DNA of 64,000 bases from Octopus vulgaris (lineage: Eukaryota): NCBI GenBank assembly GCA_951406725.2, contig OX597836.1, positions 13,268,001-13,332,000 on the forward strand, given 5' to 3'. Below the pieces are notes generated by a model, which did no database searches, was not told the origin of the DNA, and saw nothing but the letters and a program-made list of their open reading frames with translations. Below are positions 56,125-64,000 of the stretch, one piece after another. The stretch's first letter is position 1. Each line of letters begins with the position of its first letter. Made by a program: the position numbers and the translations under genes.

Positions 56125-57551
56125 ACACACACACATGTTTATACATATATACGACGAGCTTCTTTCAGTTTCCGTCTACCAAATCCACTCACAAGGCTTT
56201 GGTCAACCCAAGGCTATAGTAGAAGACGCCCAAGGTGCCACGCAGTGGGACTGAACCCGAAACCATGTGGTTGGTAAGCAAGCTACTTACCACACAGCCA
56301 CTCTTACTTTATGTAAACTTTTAAAATCTATTTTTTCCATTCGTACTCAACTTTTATATAAACTGAACTCGTCAGTATGGACGACAGTTATTGCAAGGGA
56401 GATAATCACTTCTATACAAATCGGAATATATATTAAGATGCTCAGAATTTGTGGGGAGGAGGTAAATCTGTTTCACCCTCGTCAGTGTTCTACTGGAATT
56501 TACCTTACCGAAGACAATGTCGACCTCGGAGGAATCTGAACTCAGGACTTGAAGACGGATGAAATGTCACTAAGCATTTTGTCCGGCGTACTAACGATTC
56601 TACCTGGTCACCATCTTATTATGTAGAATTATTGACAATAATTTTTGTAGACGTAGTAATAGTTGTATGATTTGTATTGTCTACATCACGACGGTGGAGG
56701 CACATGGCCTAGTGGTTAGAGCAGCGGACTCACAGTCGAGGGATCGCGGGTTCGAATCTCAGACCGGGTGACGTGTGTGTTTATGAGCGAAACACCTAAG
56801 GTCCACGCGGCTCCGGCAGAAGGTAGTGGCGAACTTCTGCTGACTCTTTCGCCACAACTTTCTCTCACTCTTTCTTCCTGCATCTTGCAGCTCACCTGCG
56901 GCGGACCGGCGACGCGTCCAGGTGGGGAACCTATACTCCCAGGAAACCGGGAAACCGACCCTTATGAGCCAGGCGTGGCTCGAGAAGGAACAAACATCAC
57001 GACGAGCACATACACACAGCCACACACACATATATGATTTATGCATACATCTATTTTCTTTTACAGTCATTGGATAACGGCCACGCTGGGGCACTGCCTT
57101 GAAGGATTTAGTCGAACAAACCTATCTCAGTAATTAGCAAGAAAATTCTCACTTTTCATTACAATGTAATTTGAGAAAAATTAGGCAATTATTTCTAGCA
57201 CGTCAAGTTAAAATACAGCGATTTCTTTGTTCGTCCAATTAAAAAAAAATCAAAACAAAACCCCAAAACAATTGACATTACTGTGTGGTTTGAGGGATGA
57301 TTGTTTGATATTTTTAGCAGGACGAAGTGACAATAATTTGCAAGGAAGCTTGCTGTAACTTAACACAATGTTATTCAATCTTTCTCAGTAAAAGTAAGTA
57401 AAGTGGACGGGGCATAGTTATCTTAGCGGATTTAAGGGCTGTTTAGCTATTATTTTTAGCACATCTCACGACCATTTAATACCCTCCTCGCTTTATTCTC
57501 TGTCAGACGTAGAGATGTTTTTTTTCAATATCTTTCTTCCCGTAGACACAC

Positions 57552-57606
57552 ATTTAATTGTCCATTGCTGGGATTTAAGCGACGACAGATTCGGACTGTC
57601 CGCATT
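57552..57606 (-). CDS. Candidate internal exon of the minus-strand gene
   Basis: ctttttaaatcacagtttag|...|gtgtgt; NADSPNLSSLKSQQWTIK, phase 0-1, compatible with the terminal exon; donor weak. Confidence 0.4.
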
Positions 57607-57738
57607 CTAAACTGTGATTTAAAAAGAATAATTTCGGAAAATTAACAACAACAACAACAACAACAAGAGCAACAACAACAACAACAACAACGATGACAAC
57701 AACAACAACAACAACAACAGCAGAAGCAGCAACAACAG

Positions 57739-57770
<32 letters not shown>

Positions 57771-57949
57771 GCAGCGGCAGCAACAGCAGCAACAACAACA
57801 ACGACGACAACAACAACAACAACAACAACAACAGCAACAACAACGACAACAGCAGCAACAACAACAACAACAACAACAACAGCAGCAACAGCAGCAACAA
57901 CAACAACAACAATAACGACAACAACAACAGCAACAACAACAATAATAAT

Positions 57950-58845
57950 TAAGCCTTTGGCTTAAAATCTGAAACAGAAGGGTTTATCCTAGCAGCCCAA
58001 TATCAAGACCTACCTACAAGGAACCACCAGGCCAACATATTAAAGAACGGCAGTAGGCCAATATGTCGTGTATGTCAACAACAAAATGAAACCATTGATC
58101 ATGTTGTCTCCAAGTGCAGTCTTCTAGCGCCAACAGAGTACCTCAACAGGCATGATAGAGCTGCACAATATATTCACTGGGTAATTTGCAAAAGCCTGGA
58201 CTTGCCCCATGAGAAAAACTGGTGGGAACACAAACCACCTCCAGTGCTTGAAAATGATCACATCTCGCTCCTCTGAAACTTTACCATTCAAACTGACAGA
58301 AAGATGGATGCGAATAAGCCAAACGTCATATTGAAAGACTTCAGACAAAAAACATGCCTCCTCATTGATATGACTGTCCCAATCGATATAAACGTATCTG
58401 TCAAGATCTACCAGAAACTGAGCAAATATAAAGATTTTGAAACAGAAATCAGCAAAATGTGGAACCTGAAGACTAAAACAATACCTGTTGTCATAGGTGC
58501 CCTGGGAATGATAGCGAAAGGGACTGATTGCTACCTAACTCAGATACCAGGAAACCTAACTCAGATTCAAGGAAACTCCAAAATGGCAGAAATTCAAAAG
58601 ACAGTGCTCATGGGAACTGCTCATATCCTACGCAAAATACTTTCTATGTAATCTCAAGTTTTAAAACAAATATAATTTTCGTATGGTCTTTTAGATATTC
58701 ACTAGTACAACACTCAGTACAACAGCAAATATATGGCACCCTAGGCATAACACCAACATGAACTTCCACCTTGTTGTCTCTTGGGGTCTCTGGGTGAGAC
58801 TTGGAGCCAACTTGTGCAAATGTAAAGCAAAAGTCAAACATAGAA
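57950..58845 (+). mobile_element. Dong/R4-clade non-LTR retrotransposon 3' fragment (defective)
   Basis: ETEGFILAAQ, zinc knuckle CRVC...ETIDHVVSKC, RHD, KPN (PD mutated)...LIDMTVP...KLSKYKD; stop at 58274; short TAA run upstream and (TAA)n downstream. Confidence 0.93.
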
Positions 58846-59036
58846 TAGTAATAATGATAATAATAATAATGATAATAATAATAATGATAGTAATAATAAT
58901 GATAATAATAATAATAATAATGGTTTAATAGCCTACCAATGTATACTATGAGTTTCTTTGCCCTAGGAGTCGGGAAGACAGTCGGCAAGAAATGGAAGCA
59001 AATTTGAAAGAAGAAAAAAAAATAATGATAATAATA

Positions 59037-59088
<52 letters not shown>

Positions 59089-59103
59089 TAATAATGATAA
59101 TAA

Positions 59104-59193
<90 letters not shown>

Positions 59194-59234
59194 CAATAAT
59201 AATGACAATAATAATAATAACAATAATGATGATG

Positions 59235-59299
<65 letters not shown>

Positions 59300-59377
59300 A
59301 ATAATAATAATAATACTAAAATATAGAAAAATTAAAACAAAATAAAAAAAAAACATCATTCCGTCTGAATTCCCCAG

Positions 59378-59577
59378 AGCAGTGCCCCGCAACCATTTTT
59401 TTCACTTGCGGAACATTTATATTCGTTTCAAAATTTGGCGGCACACCTGAACTAAAAATATAACTAAATATATATGCGAAAAAAAATATATTCGGGTTAC
59501 ACTGCGGCACATCTATCACCGTCTCGTGGCACACCAATGCACCACGGCATACCGGTGACGGAGCAATGTCCTTAGAG
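59378..59577. mobile_element. hAT-like MITE remnant
   Basis: cagtgccccgcaacc...cggcacacc repeats...ggtgacggagcaatg. Confidence 0.45.
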
Positions 59578-59852
59578 TAGAATAGAAATACCCCGAAATT
59601 TTCTGAAAATTCCAAGAAATTAGAAAAGGTTATAGGGGGGTGTTCAAAGTAGATTTTCGTCGTTATACAGATAGTCACGCAACATTCAGCCAATAAGCAT
59701 TTAGCTTCATAACTGTCCCTCCTAGTTTCTTGGAAAACGAAAATGATAAGAGAGAAATATTTGTTTTCCCTCTGATCTAGATTTTGTACTTCTCCTTCCC
59801 CGTTGCGTTGACAGCAATAAGTAGAGTGTCTTCAACGTCACCAGCCCGCCTG

Positions 59853-59914
<62 letters not shown>

Positions 59915-60232
59915 TTAGGTACATACGTACTTATTTTGCACTTTTACTCTTTTACTTGTTTCAGTCGTTTGACTGTGGCCAGGCCATGCTGGAGCACCGC
60001 CTTTAGCCGAGCAAATCGACCCCAGGACTTACTCTTTGTAAGCCTAGAACTTATTCTATCGGTCTCTATTTGCCGAACTGCTAAGTTACGGAGACGCAAA
60101 CAAACCTACAATGGATGCGAAACGGTGGAGTAGGACAAACATATATACAAAGACACATACACTCACACACGTACACATCCGACCATCCACACACACACAC
60201 ACAACATTGCCGGCATATATATGTCTATAATC

Positions 60233-60277
<45 letters not shown>

Positions 60278-60342
60278 CAACAATATGAGGAATGGCCATA
60301 TAGGACATTCGACTCACTAGAAAGTGCAGCCAAAACTCATAC

Positions 60343-60360
60343 CACTAAATAGTTGTAATT
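60343..60360 (-). CDS. Candidate 18-nt microexon of the minus-strand gene
   Basis: Very strong acceptor tttttatttctctttctatttcag| and donor |gtatga; reads NYNYLV (phase 0) or xLQLFS (phase 1). Confidence 0.45.
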
Positions 60361-60452
60361 CTGAAATAGAAAGAGAAATAAAAACGTTTACCCTTTTCAT
60401 CTCTGGACTATGCATAGTTTCGGCAAAACTTTGGCAAATGAATTAATTAAAT

Positions 60453-60508
<56 letters not shown>

Positions 60509-60763
60509 TATATGTATACACATACGTACCTATGTACATACATACATTTGTACATGTATATATATATACGTGCATGCATGATAAGTACGTACATGCATAC
60601 ATACATAGATATATATACACATACGTACGTACATACCTACATGCATGCCTGCATACATACATACATACAAACATAATGCATACATACATAAATACATACA
60701 TAATATAAACACACATACATACATACATACATACATACATACATACACACACAGACACAGACA

Positions 60764-60811
<48 letters not shown>

Positions 60812-61139
60812 TATACATATATGCTGTCATCTCTATTATCTCAAGCACTTAGAGTGACGCTGTAGTTTTTCTTTTTTTTTTCTTTTCTATCTCTTATACT
60901 TTCTGAGAACGTTAGCGCACTGTTTGAGGGATATTTGCCTACCATTTCTTGCAGATGAGGCGAATAATAAATGTTAGAGCGTAAACTTTACAACAAATTA
61001 GCTTAAATGCTTTAGATTTTTGTTAGAGGAAGATTTAGCAGTTATTTCTAGCACGTCAAACTACAACATAGCGATTTCTTTTTGATCATGTATAAGTTCG
61101 TTCTACATGGAGAAAGACCTTACAATGTGGTTTGAGAAA

Positions 61140-62280
61140 GTTTGTCTGCTATTTCTAGCAGGGGAAGGCGAAAATTTATCAATTTCTCGTTATGCTCTAT
61201 GTATATTTTGTATTTTCTTAGGAAATAGGAGGACAGTTAAGTGAGACTTGTCTGCTATTTCTAGCAGGTTGAGGCGAAAATATAGCAACTTTTCATTAAT
61301 CATCAGCTATGTCTGGTAGGTTGAAGCAACAATCTAGCGACTTCTCATTAATTGTCTGCTATTTCTAGCAGGTTGACGCAACAATGCAGCGACTTCTCAT
61401 TAAATGTGTGCTATTTTGTAGCAAGGTGAGGTGAAAATATAGCGACTTCTCATTAATTTGTTGCTATTTCTAGCAGGCTGACGCAACAATGCAGCGACTT
61501 CTCATTAAATGTGTGCTATTTTGTAGCAAGGTGAGGCGAAAATATAGCGACTTCTCAAGTTGAAGCAACAAGCTAGCGACCTCTCATTAATTGCCTGCTG
61601 TTTCTAGCAGGCTGAAGCAAAAATGTAGCGACTTCTCATTAATTGCCTGCTATTTCTAGCAGGCTGAAGCAAAAATGTAGCGACTTCTCATTAATTGTCT
61701 GCTACTTTTAGCAAGGTGGGGTGAAAGTATGGCGACTTCTCATTAATTCTCTGCTATTTTTAGCAGGTTGACGCAACAATGCAGCGACTTCTCATTAATT
61801 GCCTGCTATTTTGTAGCAAGGTGAGGCGAAAAATATAGCGACTTCTTATTAATTATCAGCTATATCTGGTTGGTTGAAGCAACAATGCAGCGACTTCTCA
61901 TTAATTGCCTGCTATTTCTTGCAGGTTAAATCGACAATGTAGCGAGCGACTTCTCATTAATTATCTGTTATAAGGCGGCGAGCTGGCAGAATCGTTAGCA
62001 CGTCGGGCGAAATGCTTAGTGGTATTTCGACCGCTGCTACATTCTGAGTTCAAATTCTGCCGAGGCCGACTTTGCTTTTTATCCTCTCGGGGTCGATAAA
62101 TTAAGTACCAGTGAAACACTGGGCTCGATGTCATCGACTAGTCCCCTCCCCCAAAATTTCAAGGCCTTGTGCCTTCAGTAGAAAAGATTAATTATCTGCT
62201 ATTTCTCGCAGGTTGAGGCAACGCTGTAGCGACTTTTCATTAATTGTCTGCTATTTTCTAGCAGGTGAGGAGATAATGTA
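61140..62280. repeat. Minisatellite of about 52 bp (gctatttctagcagg...agcgacttctcattaat), interrupted by a SINE
   Basis: Roughly 15 diverged units; SINE 61974-62186 flanked by attaattatctg duplication. Confidence 0.9.
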
Positions 62281-62428
62281 GGGACCAAGTTCTACGTATC
62301 CTTCATAGTTTGTAGGGAATCAAGGATATAGTTTGATGGTGAGGTGTCTTTTCTTTCTAACATCTATATAACCACTGCCAATTAGACTCCTGTGCTATAA
62401 ACAAGAATTAATTTGTTTTTGGATTTTG

Positions 62429-62971
62429 GGATCTTTTCGGTTTGAACGGCAGTTTTTTCTAGCGGTGTCATATGAAATTGTCGCCCATAATTATGACCCT
62501 AGTATCGATCTATAGCATTTCAATCTGTTTTAGGGTTAAGGTTGGTTAGGGCTAGTTAGGGTTAGGGTTAGGGGTGGGGAAAGGGTATCTTTTTTTTCTT
62601 CATAAATGTAAATAAACCCAATCTATTTCTTAAACGAGGTACATATTCATACGGCACAGAATGTTTTTTTTTACCTCAATGGACGTCAGTGATTGGTTGA
62701 ATTTGCAGAAATTGAAGAAAAAATACAACAAATATCTTAGAAACTATAGAATTTTCTCAATAAAGCCAAAAGAAAAAGATGTTTTATAAACACATTCTAC
62801 CAGTATACGAAGTTTAAAAGTGTTTAGTTACGTGGAAATTATTTTAGAAAACTGCCGTCCAAACAGAAAAGATCTCCGTAGTCTAATGACTGAAACAAGT
62901 GAAAGAATAAAAGAATAGTTTAGTTACGTGGAAATTATTTAAAAAAACTACCGTTCAAACCGAAAAGATCC
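62429..62971. mobile_element. TIR element with internal TTAGGG-like tract and duplicated right end
   Basis: ggatcttttcggtttgaacggcagtttttt / aaaaaactaccgttcaaaccgaaaagatcc; TTAGGG variants at 62529-62579; extra right end ending 62874. Confidence 0.75.
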
Positions 62972-63599
62972 GCCCTGCCAATTAAACTCCCGTGCTATAA
63001 ACAAGATTAATTAATTTGTTTTTGGATTTTGCATTAGTTTTGAAGTGACAACATAAAAATTAAATAAAAGGACATAGACATATAAATGCCAAATATATGA
63101 AAAACAACAACAAAAAAAACAGGAAAAGTAAATAATTTGCGAAGAAGTTTGCTGTAACTTACGAAGAAGATGTTATATCGTTGCTCTCAGGATAACTAAA
63201 TTTAGTCGACAGGTTGTAGTTTTCTTTATATACCGAGAGGGTCTTACAACGTTCAACCAATAGGAATGCAGCCTCTTTCCAGTTTTCCCCGATTTCTTGG
63301 AAAAACGAAACGGCACTGAAAGAATTATCTGTAATTCCCCTGTCCTAGATTTTATGCGCCCTCCTTGACAACAATGAGCAGAATGTCTCCTACGTCCCCA
63401 GCCCACCTGCCACATCGATAACTCAATACGCAGACACACAGACACAGACACAAACACAGACACACACACACACACACACACTCACGAGCATACATACTCA
63501 GGTATATATATATATATATATATATATAGTAGTAACAGAAAAGAGGAATTTCGGTTGTCCCCACGTAGTGGGTTGTAATGTATATAATGTATATATCGT

Positions 63600-63673
<74 letters not shown>

Positions 63674-63690
63674 CATACATACATATCTAC

Positions 63691-63748
<58 letters not shown>

Positions 63749-63780
63749 GTCTATCTAACTAATTAACTATCTATCTATCC

Positions 63781-63871
<91 letters not shown>

Positions 63872-63893
63872 TGCACCTCGCTTGGTCATTTAC

Positions 63894-63913
63894 CTCTTCT
63901 GAGGTTCCACTCG
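63894..63913 (-). CDS. Candidate 20-nt microexon of the minus-strand gene
   Basis: ttatgttttatag|cgagtggaacctcagaagag|gtaaat; reads xSGTSEE or xEWNLRR depending on phase. Confidence 0.4.
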
Positions 63914-64000
63914 CTATAAAACATAAGTAGCCCGGATTTAATATATCCCATTCCTTAATCGTTCTATATATTTATACAACGCGAGTGTATTAATACGTGT

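Noticed and set aside
61140-62280. Regularly spaced repeats that look like a CRISPR array
   Set aside because: Intervening sequences are homologous to each other, the context is eukaryotic and there are no cas genes; it is a minisatellite
62529-62579. Interstitial telomere or chromosome fusion site
   Set aside because: Only a few degenerate TTAGGG units, internal to a TIR element
63163-63344. Open minus-strand frame (DRGITDNSF...) ending at gtaagt
   Set aside because: Poor acceptor; a diverged copy at about 59680-59850 does not keep the peptide, and the donor context recurs at about 57330-57363, so it is probably repeat-derived

Overview
Eukaryotic, very AT-rich DNA saturated with microsatellites ((TA)n, (CA)n, (TAGA)n, (CATA)n, (TAA)n, (TTC)n) and tRNA-derived SINEs. 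The repeat style suggests a coleoid cephalopod, probably an octopus (inference). Nearly all ORFs in the supplied track are microsatellite or SINE artefacts. Reading splice sites by hand gives one + strand, 5'-truncated latrophilin-like adhesion GPCR gene: 24 GT-AG exons from 50 to 45980 with consistent phases, about 680 aa. It encodes a GAIN domain, a GPS site (CSCTHL/TNFAVL), seven TM helices and a C-terminal tail built from small phase-0 exons. The 3' end of a second, convergent - strand gene has a terminal exon at 54964-55235 and possible microexons further right. Introns hold mariner, maT-like, Helitron, solo-LTR, Dong/R4, RTE, CR1-like and MITE fragments. The main hidden signal is a set of type-I hammerhead ribozyme motifs: three with canonical cores, one near-canonical and several variants. 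They lie in (TA)n-embedded fold-back or direct-repeat elements resembling Penelope pLTRs, and some are on the sense strand of the GPCR pre-mRNA.
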